Shown here: in pieces, positions 1 to 10,255 of the stretch | Position numbering within the stretch: the first letter of the stretch is position 1 | Layout of the letters: each line of letters begins with the position of its first letter | Source of the DNA: an uncultured Clostridium sp. | Lineage (GTDB): Bacteria; Bacillota; Clostridia; TANB77; CAG-508 | Assembly: GCA_900551615.1 (NCBI GenBank) | Contig: URWN01000005.1 | Coordinates: 1,987 to 65,986 of the forward strand | Reading direction: 5' to 3' | DNA: 64,000 nucleotides | The notes under the pieces: generated by a model | Databases searched by the model: none | What the model saw: only the letters and a program-made list of their open reading frames with translations | What the model was told of the DNA's origin: nothing | Position numbers and translations under genes: made by a program

Positions 1-191
1 AATTTTTATTAAAAATCTTATCATGTGTTCCTAATAATAAACCCAAATCAAATTTACCAATAGGTGTACAATCATCACCTTCTTGTTTATTTGATATTAA
101 CCCATTTTTTCCAATAAATGCAGATACTTCCAATGCACACTTAGGGAATTTTAAAATTGCCTTGTCTGAACTAATTAAAACCGTAATTTCA

Positions 192-1557
192 TTATCTATC
201 ATATTCTTCATTTTCTTCCTTTTCAATATTTTGTAAAGATTTAATTTTTTTTGAAAATTCTTTATAAATTATGTCTTGAACTCCAGTTAACATTTCATAC
301 TTAACATCAGGCTCATATTTTTTAATTACTTGATAAGTAGCTTCTGAAATCATTTGAGCAATGCTTGCAACATCTAAAGTGTATTTAACTGCATCTAAAT
401 TAGAGTTTATAGCATTTGTATAATTTCCTTTAATATCTCCATATGGTGCAATTGGATTCCCTCCCATACCTGAAAGTTCTATAAGCAAGTTCTGCGGATA
501 ATTAAGTCTAAAAATATCATTACTAGATGTTGCGCTAGATTCCTTAGTATAAATATTATATTTTGAATTTTCTCTTCTATTATTACCATTTTCATCAAAT
601 CCTGTATTTTTATAAGTTTTATCTTGATAAGTTTTTGCTAACATATAATTAGTTATTTGTTTCTTTACTATATCTTCTTTATTAATTTTCATTCCCTCAG
701 GTATTGTTGATGGTCTTTGAAATATAAGTCCACCTGTACTATGATAATTTATATAAGCAAATAATTTTCCACGTCCTTGTAATGAATCTAATAAATTAGT
801 AATCGCCAATGTTTCTTTTTCAACTTTAAATCCCTTTTCTTTATCAAACGGACAATTTATTGGCCCAGGATGTGAAATATTTAAATTATTATGCCTCCTA
901 GCTTCCATATATATATCTTCATCATTAAAAATCTTAGATATTTTTGGATTATAACTTGAATTTGCCTGTATATCTACACCATTTGCATTTGCACTCCATA
1001 TATGTAAACAATTTTTAGGTAAATCTGGATATTTTTCAAAAATTTCTTTTAATGAATTTTTTATATTTTCATATTCATTAGGAATACACGTATAATCAAT
1101 ATTTTCAAACATTTTTAAATGTTCTTTTTCAATATTCTCATTGATATCATCATTTTTATAAGCAATATAATATTTTTTAGCAATTTTTTCAGCTTCTTCT
1201 TGTGACATTTCCCTAGGTATTAATTTTCTTATTGCATAAGATGAAATTAAATAACCTTCTGGATTAAGCATTGGAATTAAATGCAACCTGAATTCTTTTA
1301 AAATACTATTCCAATTTTGAGGATTATTATTTATACCACTCATTAATTTTAACACAAAATCTGTTGTAATTATTTCACTTCCATGTGTCGCTCCGAGTAA
1401 TTACTACATCATTATTTCCATTACCCACTGCAAAATGCCTTATTGGTAAACCATATTCTGTTTTACCCAAATCATTTAATTCTATAAAATTTTTATTTTC
1501 AACCAAATTGTCTAATTTTTCATTTACTTGTTTATAGTCTAAAATGATATTTTTCAA
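192..1557 (-). pseudogene. M14 family zinc carboxypeptidase (gamma-D-glutamyl-diamino acid peptidase-like), frameshifted
   Basis: ORFs 1375-1557 (N-terminal part) and 192-1355 are one M14 peptidase split near 1400-1405. Re-framing gives ...VVI-LGATHGSEIITTDFVLKLMSG, restoring the HxxE zinc motif. HLIPMLNPEGY and YINYHSTGG motifs are present. A possible second indel lies in the A6 run after the RBS-proximal ATG at about 1545. Confidence 0.6.
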
Positions 1558-1597
1558 ACTTTTTTCATCTCCTATTGCCTAAAAATATAATAAACAT

Positions 1598-1626
1598 AGT
1601 ATAAAACCAATTATGGAAATTGTCAA
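1598..1626 (-). promoter_or_regulatory. sigma-70-like promoter (TTGACA-17-TATACT) for the M14 peptidase gene
   Basis: On the minus strand TTGACA(1621-1626) is followed by a 17-nt spacer and TATACT(1598-1603), about 40 nt upstream of the AGGAG RBS. Confidence 0.45.
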
Positions 1627-1671
1627 GTAAAGAAAAAGAAGCCTAAAACATTAAGCATCTTTTAAAATATA

Positions 1672-4359
1672 TTATATGTTATCATTTCTAATAGTTTCTA
1701 TAATATTTTGTTTATTTATCTTACTCATAGAATATTTCATAATAATACCAATAACAACAGCTACAAATATAACTGCAACAGCAATTGCCTTATATGGTAA
1801 AACATAATCCATTTCCATGCTATTTTTAAATACATTATACATACCATAAGATAACACCAATCCAATTGGAATACCAATAACCAAAGATTTAACACCATAG
1901 AAAATGCTCTCTAATCTAATCATTCTATTAAATTCTTTTTTGGTCATTCCTATTGATTTAAGCATTGCAAATTCTTTTTTTCTTAAATTCATATTTGTTG
2001 TTATAGTATTGAAAATGTTCGTTATTCCAATTAAAGTAATTACTCCAATAAATCCGTATAAGAATATTGAGATAACTAATACAACTGCATTTTCTGCTCT
2101 AACTGATTCTTCCAAATTAAATGAATTCAAATTAGAATCAATAAGATTATTATCTTTTTTATATTGTTCAACTTCCGCATCTAATTTATCAGCATCATTT
2201 GATTGTGCACATAAAGTTGCTGATATGTATCCAGTTTTATTTATAAAATCTTCACTTACAATAAAATATGCATTAGTATTATATAAATTTTCAACGCCAT
2301 TTGGTCTTTCTTCTGTTTTGGCTACTATTTTGATGTTATACTCTTTATCATTTATTTTTCCTGTAACAGTATCTCCCTTTTTCCAAGTGTACATGCTACC
2401 TTGAATTTTCTTTCCTTTTTCATCCAAATTGATATTGTTATCAATTAAAATTGCTCCATCTTTGTATGTTTCATAATCTCCACCTATCTTTTTCAAATAT
2501 GCATCATACGCATTTTTGCTTAATGAAATAATATTTACATTATCTATTTGTTCTTGGTTTGAATTTGACTCTGAATATCTTGCTTTAATATTTTTTCCAT
2601 ATTCAGTTAATTCTGCTTTATGTTTTTCATCCATATTCATTTCAAATGTATTGGTTTTATTTATTGATACATCTCCTACATCTGGTAAATTTGATATGTC
2701 TGTTAACATTTTTAAATTTTCTGCTTGTTCTTTCGCAAATTCTTCTGTATCTTCAGGTGATGCAGTTGTGTATGCATATACTACATAATTATAATTTCTT
2801 TCTGTGTAATATGAATTTGACATTTTGAATCCGTATTGTATAAAACTTGATATTGCAATAAATATTACTACGCTGACAATTATAGATATTACTGTTGTTC
2901 TATATTTTTTCTTGCTTCTTTTTAAGTTTTTGTATGCTATTTCTCCACCTGTTTTAAATATTTTCGTTATGATTTTTGGACATTTTATTTTTTTAGCCTT
3001 TAATTTCACATCTTCTGAACTTCTTATTGCTTCAATTGGTGTTATTTTTGATGCCTTTTTAGCAGACCTTCTACAAGATAGCCATATGGTTACAATTGAT
3101 ACAATTATACTTACAACTATTGCAGTCCATGATATTCCATATGTTAGTAAAGTCCCACTTGATACATAATCTTTTAATATGTAATTTACTACATTTACTA
3201 ATATATAAATTGCAAATATTCCACTTAAAATTCCTAGAGGTATTCCTATAATTCCTAATATAAAGCCTTCAAAATAAACACTTTTTTTGATTTGTTTTTT
3301 TGTTGCTCCAATGCTTGAAAGCATTCCATATTGTTTTAATCTTTCTGTTATTGATATTGCAAACCCATTTCTAATAACAAATACACTTGATACTAGAACA
3401 ATTCCCATTATGAATGCTCCTAGTCCATAAATTGTCTTTAGTGTTTCATCATCTAAGCTTGCCCCTTGATATGCTAATAATTCTTTATTTATTTTTATCT
3501 TATATTTATAACTTTTATATGTTTTATCTAACCCGCTAACTCTATTAAAATCATTTTCTTTTGTTCCAGATTTTGCGATTACCATTTGGTTTATGCTTTC
3601 TGTATTTTTTACATAATCATTTGGTTTTGAATATAGAACTGCTATATTTGCTTTTTTATTTATTGTTTGCATTTTTGTAATAACTGTAAACCAGTCTGCT
3701 TCATAAGGTTCAATTGCAACAGTTGGTCTTTCTAGTATTCCAACTATTTTATATGTTTTTGAAGTTACGTTAACAATTTCATTTTCAGTTGTTTGTTCTG
3801 TTCCATCTGTTTTTTTGATTTGTTCTTCATCATAATAATTAGCATTTTGATTTTCTAAAGTTCCTTTTAATTCTCCAACATTTAATGTTACAGTATCTCC
3901 AACTTTGCAATTTGTCTTAAATTTTTCATTTATTCTAGTTGAAATTGCAAGTTCACTATCATTTTCTGGTAATCTACCATCTTTTATATTTATAGCCATA
4001 TTATTTAAAAACTTGTCATTCATTGAAATAATATTAACAAGTGGCTTTTCTTCTTCTCCTGTTGATGTTTTTCCATTTGTTAAATAACTATATCCTAATT
4101 CTTCTGATAAATAGTAGTCTTCAATACTTCTATTTTCTTCAATATATTTAAGCTCATCTTTTGGAACATTATAAAAAATTGCATGATAATTTCCTTGACT
4201 GTTTTTTGCAGTTTCTACAAATGTCTTTTGAAAACTTGTTATAAGCCCTGCTACTCCACAGATTAAGGCTGTTGATAAAATAATTCCAATTATGATTACA
4301 ATTGACCTTTTTTTATTTAGCCTTAAATCTTTAACACTTAATTCATTTAAAACTTTCAT
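1672..4359 (-). CDS. ABC transporter permease, MacB-like with two FtsX domains (895 aa)
   Basis: N-terminal TM helix, large extracytoplasmic domain, then 4-TM FtsX-like bundles in both the middle and C-terminal segments. ATGA overlap with the downstream ATPase gene. Confidence 0.8.
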   Translation of the reverse strand: MKVLNELSVKDLRLNKKRSIVIIIGIILSTALICGVAGLITSFQKTFVETAKNSQGNYHAIFYNVPKDELKYIEENRSIEDYYLSEELGYSYLTNGKTSTGEEEKPLVNIISMNDKFLNNMAINIKDGRLPENDSELAISTRINEKFKTNCKVGDTVTLNVGELKGTLENQNANYYDEEQIKKTDGTEQTTENEIVNVTSKTYKIVGILERPTVAIEPYEADWFTVITKMQTINKKANIAVLYSKPNDYVKNTESINQMVIAKSGTKENDFNRVSGLDKTYKSYKYKIKINKELLAYQGASLDDETLKTIYGLGAFIMGIVLVSSVFVIRNGFAISITERLKQYGMLSSIGATKKQIKKSVYFEGFILGIIGIPLGILSGIFAIYILVNVVNYILKDYVSSGTLLTYGISWTAIVVSIIVSIVTIWLSCRRSAKKASKITPIEAIRSSEDVKLKAKKIKCPKIITKIFKTGGEIAYKNLKRSKKKYRTTVISIIVSVVIFIAISSFIQYGFKMSNSYYTERNYNYVVYAYTTASPEDTEEFAKEQAENLKMLTDISNLPDVGDVSINKTNTFEMNMDEKHKAELTEYGKNIKARYSESNSNQEQIDNVNIISLSKNAYDAYLKKIGGDYETYKDGAILIDNNINLDEKGKKIQGSMYTWKKGDTVTGKINDKEYNIKIVAKTEERPNGVENLYNTNAYFIVSEDFINKTGYISATLCAQSNDADKLDAEVEQYKKDNNLIDSNLNSFNLEESVRAENAVVLVISIFLYGFIGVITLIGITNIFNTITTNMNLRKKEFAMLKSIGMTKKEFNRMIRLESIFYGVKSLVIGIPIGLVLSYGMYNVFKNSMEMDYVLPYKAIAVAVIFVAVVIGIIMKYSMSKINKQNIIETIRNDNI

Positions 4360-5054
4360 TATTTTCCAGTCCTTTCATCTTTAATAATTTTTCCATCATC
4401 AATTGTTATAACTCTATCCGCTTCTAATGCAATTTTTTCATCATGTGTTATAACTATAACAGTTTGATTATATTTTTTATTAGAAAGTCTTAATAATGAA
4501 ATAATCTCTTCACTTGCCTTTGAATCCAAATTTCCAGTAGGCTCATCTGCAAGCATCAATGCAGGTTCATTCATCATAGCTCTACCAATAGACACTCTTT
4601 GTTGTTGTCCACCTGATAATTGATTAGGCAAATTATATTTTCTTTTTTCAAGTCCTAAAGTTTTTAATAAATCATTTAATCTTCTTTCATCAACATCTCT
4701 GCCATCCAACTTTGTTGGTAAAGTAATATTTTCTGCCACATTTAAAACAGGTATCAAATTATAAAATTGATAAATCAATCCAATTTGTCTTCTTCTAAAA
4801 ATAGCAAGATTATCATCATTTAAAGTATAAATATCTTTTCCATCTATAAAAACCTTCCCTGATGTCGGTCTATCTACTCCACCAATTAAATGTAATAGTG
4901 TAGACTTTCCGCTTCCACTTGCTCCGATTATCGCTACAAATTCTCCTTTTTGTACAGAAAACGATACATTGTCTACTGCTTTTACTTGATTTTCTCCTTT
5001 TCCATAAATTTTGTTCAAGTTTTCTACCCTTAATATTTCCATATTCTTCCTCAC
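4359..5054 (-). CDS. ABC transporter ATP-binding protein (MacB/LolD-like)
   Basis: Walker A GASGSGKST, signature LSGGQQQRVSIGRA, Walker B LMLADEPTGNLD. Confidence 0.9.
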   Translation of the reverse strand: MRKNMEILRVENLNKIYGKGENQVKAVDNVSFSVQKGEFVAIIGASGSGKSTLLHLIGGVDRPTSGKVFIDGKDIYTLNDDNLAIFRRRQIGLIYQFYNLIPVLNVAENITLPTKLDGRDVDERRLNDLLKTLGLEKRKYNLPNQLSGGQQQRVSIGRAMMNEPALMLADEPTGNLDSKASEEIISLLRLSNKKYNQTVIVITHDEKIALEADRVITIDDGKIIKDERTGK

Positions 5055-5112
5055 TTTCTTTTTTGTCTCATTGGGGACGCTTTTGCTTTGTTGTATTTAG
5101 TATAGTTTTTGA

Positions 5113-5158
5113 AAGTGACTTTTAGGTGACTTTTTTACTATAAATTTTGTCACTTTTG
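5113..5158 (-). promoter_or_regulatory. three direct repeats AAAAGTCAC/AAAAGTGAC upstream of the ABC exporter operon
   Basis: On the minus strand the arrangement is AAAAGTGAC, then 13 nt, then AAAAAGTCAC, then 2 nt, then AAAAGTCAC. It lies 60-100 nt upstream of the ATPase start and resembles a response-regulator direct-repeat site. Confidence 0.3.
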
Positions 5159-5170
5159 AAATCTTTTAAG

Positions 5171-5207
5171 AATATAAAAAACTATGGAGACTTTTACATC
5201 TCCATAG
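5171..5207 (-). terminator. rho-independent terminator of the 290-aa gene
   Basis: Perfect 9-bp stem CTATGGAGA/TCTCCATAG with an 8-nt loop, followed on the minus strand by TTTTTTATA. Confidence 0.55.
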
Positions 5208-5227
5208 TTCTAACTTTTTATTATGGC

Positions 5228-6100
5228 TTATAGTTGTTCAAATATTTTTTGAACAATTTCTGACTCAAAAACTAAATCATAATTCTGTCCTTGTTTCTGC
5301 ATTTGTTCAGTTAACACCATCAATTTTGCTAGTTGGCGAATCTGCTTTACAGAAAGATTTTCCACTAGTTCATTGTGTATAAGACTATCAAAAACTTCGT
5401 CTAATCCAAGTAATTCTTCTGCTACCTCTGCTTCTTCTTCTTTGATTTCCCCGTTTTCATAAATGAAAATTGTAACTTTTTCGAGAACTTTTATGTATTC
5501 TCGTATTTCATTTAAGATTTTTTTATTAGTTGATAGTTCCTCGGATTCAGTTATTATTTTTTCATCTATTTCTACTATTTTGGTAAAGATTTCGTCTACT
5601 GCTTTCTGCCTTTTCAGAATTATGCCTTTTAATTCTAATATCTTTTCTTTTTCATTTTCTAATTCGTCAAAAAGTTTCTTTTTGCTAGAAAGTGTGCTCT
5701 TATGAGCAACTTCTTGGTTGCAGATTTCTGTTACTAATGCATTTTCCCGATCTTTAAGTTTTTCTAAACTCCTTTCATCTGACTCTTTTTTGTTTTCTTT
5801 CATTACCATTACGTTTTTCTCCTGCATTTGTCTTCCTTTTTTGTGAAGTTCATTTAATGTTGTCTTGGAAATTTCTTCTTGAGTAACAATGGTAGCAGTA
5901 TTGTTGCCTCTTTTTTTACCGTTTTTTTCTAGTTCCCGTCTTATACTTTCTCGTGCTTTCTTTTCAAAATTCTTTTCCATGTATTTCTCTAAATCTTCTT
6001 GACTGCATTTATACTTTTCTATCAGTTCCTCAATTGTCACCCCTTGTTTGATATAAACCCATATCTGTTTACCTCTTAGTCTTCTTAAATCACTCATCAT
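5228..6100 (-). CDS. hypothetical coiled-coil protein (charged, K/E-rich)
   Basis: Uninterrupted 290-aa ORF with a long K/E-rich central stretch. Overlaps the upstream HTH gene by 11 nt. No recognisable catalytic motif. Confidence 0.45.
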   Translation of the reverse strand: MMSDLRRLRGKQIWVYIKQGVTIEELIEKYKCSQEDLEKYMEKNFEKKARESIRRELEKNGKKRGNNTATIVTQEEISKTTLNELHKKGRQMQEKNVMVMKENKKESDERSLEKLKDRENALVTEICNQEVAHKSTLSSKKKLFDELENEKEKILELKGIILKRQKAVDEIFTKIVEIDEKIITESEELSTNKKILNEIREYIKVLEKVTIFIYENGEIKEEEAEVAEELLGLDEVFDSLIHNELVENLSVKQIRQLAKLMVLTEQMQKQGQNYDLVFESEIVQKIFEQL

Positions 6101-6440
6101 AGATTTCCTCCGTATTTGCTATTGTTGTGTCAATTTTTTCAATTATATTATCTACTTTTTCCAGCATATCTGAAAAATCTTTTTTTAATTCTTCATGTGA
6201 TATTGCATCTTTCGGTAATTTTTTTGAAGTACTTTTTATAATATGTGGTTTTTGTGGGACGAAGAGTAATTCGTCTCTCGTTACATGGTTTTCATCTGCA
6301 ATTTCCTGCAAATGAAAATAAATGTTTCCAGCAGTCATTCCGTATTTTTTTGCAATATCCTGAATTGACATTCCAGAAGCCCGCAGTTTAATAAATTCTT
6401 TTTTCATCAAGCTTGTCCTTTCTGAATTTTTATTTGCCAT
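6090..6440 (-). CDS. small helix-turn-helix DNA-binding protein
   Basis: SGMSIQDIAKKYGMTAGNIYFHL is HTH-like. AGGAGG RBS with 8-nt spacing. Confidence 0.5.
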   Translation of the reverse strand: MANKNSERTSLMKKEFIKLRASGMSIQDIAKKYGMTAGNIYFHLQEIADENHVTRDELLFVPQKPHIIKSTSKKLPKDAISHEELKKDFSDMLEKVDNIIEKIDTTIANTEEIYDE

Positions 6441-6457
6441 AATTTCCTCCTTTGTTT

Positions 6458-6475
6458 TTCTGGTTACAACCAGAA
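6458..6475 (-). promoter_or_regulatory. palindromic operator-like site TTCTGGTT-ac-AACCAGAA
   Basis: 8-bp inverted repeat with a 2-nt spacer, ending about 10 nt upstream of the RBS of the HTH gene. Confidence 0.3.
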
Positions 6476-6649
6476 TTTTTCTACAATAGTTACATTTCTA
6501 TTATAGCATATATTAGCAGCAAAATCAACATTATGTAAATAGTGCTTGTTTTGATTGAAAAAAATAGATTTATGCTGCATATTAAGTATAATTTTATTTA
6601 TAAAATATTAATAATATGAACATCTTTATTTAAAACTATTTATTTAAAT

Positions 6650-7819
6650 CTATTTTTCCAATTCAATTCTATAAACAACACTTCTAGTATAAAAATCAAC
6701 AAAATTAACTAATCCAAAGGCAAATAAAGCAATATCAGATTTACAAAATACTAAACAGATTAAAACTCTAATAAAACTTCCTATTGTAGAACCTAATAAC
6801 AATATTTTAGGTTTTCCTTGCATAATACATAATGTTCTATAATTTTCAAAATGATATAAACCAAATACTCCAAATGTATAGAAAATAATATATGGAAAAC
6901 AACTAGCCAATGGTAAGCTCCCATGTTGTAATAATAGATATATCACTGCAAATACATAATTTAATAGTATTATAACTGAAAAAACATCCTTTTTCATATC
7001 TATTATTCTTTGTTTTTGTTTTTGGTAGGATTCATGTGTTGGTATTTTTATCATTAATGTTGCTTGATATGCACTTGTTATCAATTCTAAATTTATACAT
7101 ATTGCATAACATACTGTATGGATTGAATATTTTTCTGTTTCCATATGACTTGCTATTACCCCATATATCAAAACAAATATACGTGAAAATAATCTTTCCA
7201 AGGAAGTTGGTATTCCATATTTTTTAACATTTTCTATCACTTCTTTATCTGGCCATTTCATTTTTAACTTTAAATTATTCAACATATATATAATAGATAT
7301 TATCCAAGAAATCATTGTAGCTATAAATAGCATTTTTAAATTATGCGTTGTAAAATATGCAATTGAGTCTAATCCTATTAATGTAACATAATACACAATT
7401 AAACTGTATCTATAAAGCTTTAGTTCACCTTTTAACCTAACCATCTCAAATAGTGCATTTGCTAATCTTCCTAAAACTAGATAACCTATGTATAATATTA
7501 AAATATCAGATAACAATTCCTTTTGAATATCTGTTAATCCAAAAATATTTACTATATAATTTCTTCCTAAAAATACTATTATCCCCAATACAAAACTTAC
7601 TACTACATTTACAATTAAATATGATGTTTCGTCTTTTCTTGCTGTTCTATATGTATATGTCCCCATTTCACTTAATGATTTTAATATTAAGTCTATTGAA
7701 AATAAGCTTCCACATACTACTATTGCATCTATACTGATTGCGTTGTTGAATGCTGAGTCTATGCTTTCTGCTATTCCCATGAATATGAAACTTATTAGTA
7801 TCGATATAAATTCTTTCAT
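6650..7819 (-). CDS. polytopic membrane protein, MOP/MATE-like exporter or flippase superfamily
   Basis: About 12 predicted hydrophobic helices across 389 aa. No soluble domain. Confidence 0.5.
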   Translation of the reverse strand: MKEFISILISFIFMGIAESIDSAFNNAISIDAIVVCGSLFSIDLILKSLSEMGTYTYRTARKDETSYLIVNVVVSFVLGIIVFLGRNYIVNIFGLTDIQKELLSDILILYIGYLVLGRLANALFEMVRLKGELKLYRYSLIVYYVTLIGLDSIAYFTTHNLKMLFIATMISWIISIIYMLNNLKLKMKWPDKEVIENVKKYGIPTSLERLFSRIFVLIYGVIASHMETEKYSIHTVCYAICINLELITSAYQATLMIKIPTHESYQKQKQRIIDMKKDVFSVIILLNYVFAVIYLLLQHGSLPLASCFPYIIFYTFGVFGLYHFENYRTLCIMQGKPKILLLGSTIGSFIRVLICLVFCKSDIALFAFGLVNFVDFYTRSVVYRIELEK

Positions 7820-7857
7820 TAGTCCTCCTTTTATAATCTTTATTAGTTCTTTAAAAT

Positions 7858-9063
7858 TTATTCCATATTTTCATATAAATATTGTTCTGTCTTTCTTAAA
7901 TAAATTGCTGCAATTATCAAGAAAAACATTAATATTGAAATTGTTATTGAAAGTATATTTATATTGTAAAAATAATTATATAAAACATATACTAGGCTAT
8001 AGCTTATAACTTGTCCTACAAACATACAGATATTAAATATTACCATATGCTCTTTTTTATATTTTTCTAATCCATCCACCTTAGTTGCGGCATATACTGC
8101 ACTACAAGATTCTGATTCTATTATTGTTCCAAATGAATTCATTAATATATAATAAATTAATAGAGTTACAAAACTTGCATTAAATACTACAAATAATGAC
8201 GAAATGAATATAATAATAGCCATATATGGATAAAATTTCTTATTAATTTTTTTATTGTTTATCATTTTTAATATTTGCAAAGAAATAATTGATATTACTG
8301 CAAATAATGTATTATAGTTTCCAAAACTCACTTCTGTACCTAATCTTAAAAATAATACAATTGGTAATAATTCTGTCATTGCTCCTTGTGCTGATATTCT
8401 TCTAAAAAACATACATTTATATATAGCTTTTAGATGGGGCTTTTCTTTGACAATTTCCCAAAATTCTTTGATATTCATTTTATTATCTTGTACTGTAAAA
8501 TCTTTGATTTTCATTGATATAGCAATAATTAATATTGTTTCTAATCCTAAGATTATAAATAATACATTATATGAAAATCTCCCTATTATAAATCCTGAAA
8601 ACATAGGTGTTAATATTGCTGTAATATTTTCAAGTATATTTAAGTTAGCTAAATAACTACTCATTGATTTATTTGTGTTTGAACCTATTATCATAAGTTC
8701 ATATGGTACAGAATAAAATAAAACTCTTACTGTGTCTAAAGTTTTAAATAAATATATATGTTTAACAATATTTTCTTTGAATATTATTAATACAAAAATG
8801 CTTATTGCACTTAACACAAAGCTTAGTCTATATATATAACTGGCATTTCTTGAATTTATTATTTTTAGTAATATGTATTCTAATAACATTCCTAGAAATA
8901 CTGAATAAACTGTGTATTTTAATATAAAATTCAAATCATTATCTACTATTTTTAATATGTATATGTTAAAAAATAATGAAAAGAATACACTCATAAATTT
9001 TCTTAAAAATGCTATTATTGCTATATATTTTCTATTTACTTGTTCCATTTTTTTCCCCTTCAA
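7858..9063 (-). CDS. MFS transporter
   Basis: 401 aa with about 12 TM helices in a 6+6 layout around a central charged loop. Confidence 0.65.
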   Translation of the reverse strand: MKGKKMEQVNRKYIAIIAFLRKFMSVFFSLFFNIYILKIVDNDLNFILKYTVYSVFLGMLLEYILLKIINSRNASYIYRLSFVLSAISIFVLIIFKENIVKHIYLFKTLDTVRVLFYSVPYELMIIGSNTNKSMSSYLANLNILENITAILTPMFSGFIIGRFSYNVLFIILGLETILIIAISMKIKDFTVQDNKMNIKEFWEIVKEKPHLKAIYKCMFFRRISAQGAMTELLPIVLFLRLGTEVSFGNYNTLFAVISIISLQILKMINNKKINKKFYPYMAIIIFISSLFVVFNASFVTLLIYYILMNSFGTIIESESCSAVYAATKVDGLEKYKKEHMVIFNICMFVGQVISYSLVYVLYNYFYNINILSITISILMFFLIIAAIYLRKTEQYLYENME

Positions 9064-10246
9064 ATTTTTCTATATCTTTCAAAATGTATCCCATTAATGG
9101 TATTGATAATGTAAGAATTATCAAAGCAAAATTCAACGTCACAACATTAGAACTAATTCCTGCTATTAATAAAATTGTATAGCTTACTATTCTTCCTAAA
9201 TTTAAAATTCCTTCTCTAAGAGAAAAGAATTCAGATTGGTCATCCTTTTGAATTATACTACTATCTGACATATTAAATAAACGTATTGTTCTTGAAAGGC
9301 TTAGTATTCCATTTACAAATATTTCATAACAAAAACTATAAATTATGATTGTTATATTATTTGTATTCATTAGTACAATAAATACAGATATTACCGGAAT
9401 AATACTTGATATTATTAATGCCTTTTTGTCTGATTTATTTTTACTATATTTTCCATATAATTTAATTGTAATAATTGATAAAACCGTAGAAATTGATGAT
9501 ATTATCCCTAAATTCATGTTGGTTTTAAATACATTAAATATTAATATTGTTATTAATGTACCAAGTGCACCATCACTTATACTAAATCCAATTAAAAATT
9601 CTACTAAAAACATCTTTTTTATTTGTTTATTTTTTCTTATTCTTTTCAATGAATCCAATAAGTTATATTTTTTTAAAGTATTGATATTTTTTTCTGGTGT
9701 AAGCATAAATGACAAAACTATTTGTATTAAAGATATTATTAATATAATTATTGCTGTTAGCTCAAAGTTTGTAGCAGTAATTATTGTTCCAAGTAAAATT
9801 GGACATAGTACTCCAACTGTTGACACAATAATGTTTTTCTTAACTGTATAATCCGTTCTTTCTTGGTTATCTATTTTGTTTATAACAAATAAGTTATATG
9901 GAAACCAATATGTACTTTGTGAAATTCCATATAATATAGATATTAACCCCAAATGATCTACAACTTTATCTTTTAAAATAACTATTGTCATAATATATAT
10001 AAAGCTTATTATGACACCTATCCTAAACATCCCTATTCTAAATTTATTTTTTACTATACTAGCTACTATAAAGCTTCCTATTCCCAATAGAATATATGAA
10101 AATATATAATAAATTGATAAATCTATAATACTTTCTGATGAAGTTTTTATAAAATATGCTGTTAAAAATGGGCCTAAAAATATAATCATTATTTTCTTTA
10201 ATGCATCAATCGCTATTATTATATTTGCTTCTGATTTTAGTTTCAT
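9032..10246 (-). CDS. MFS transporter
   Basis: 404 aa with about 12 TM helices in a 6+6 layout around a central loop (KYNLLDSLKRIRKNKQIKK). Co-directional with its neighbour. Confidence 0.65.
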   Translation of the reverse strand: MKLKSEANIIIAIDALKKIMIIFLGPFLTAYFIKTSSESIIDLSIYYIFSYILLGIGSFIVASIVKNKFRIGMFRIGVIISFIYIMTIVILKDKVVDHLGLISILYGISQSTYWFPYNLFVINKIDNQERTDYTVKKNIIVSTVGVLCPILLGTIITATNFELTAIIILIISLIQIVLSFMLTPEKNINTLKKYNLLDSLKRIRKNKQIKKMFLVEFLIGFSISDGALGTLITILIFNVFKTNMNLGIISSISTVLSIITIKLYGKYSKNKSDKKALIISSIIPVISVFIVLMNTNNITIIIYSFCYEIFVNGILSLSRTIRLFNMSDSSIIQKDDQSEFFSLREGILNLGRIVSYTILLIAGISSNVVTLNFALIILTLSIPLMGYILKDIEKFEGEKNGTSK

Positions 10247-10255
10247 AGTTTTCTC

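Noticed and set aside
1904-3169. Plus-strand ORFs (166, 90, 60 and 114 aa) antisense to the ABC permease gene. Similar antisense ORFs lie inside the MFS, MATE, PBP, ftsY and ileS genes (for example 9345-9851, 14781-15407, 26658-27287, 37604-38224, 53423-55434).
   Set aside because: Low-complexity I/L/F/S-rich translations typical of the antisense strand of AT-rich coding DNA. No RBS, and each is fully embedded in a strongly supported gene on the other strand.
5228-6440. HTH plus overlapping ORF pair read as an IS-element transposase (orfA/orfB)
   Set aside because: The 290-aa product is a coiled-coil protein without DDE/RNase-H motifs. No terminal inverted repeats flank the pair.
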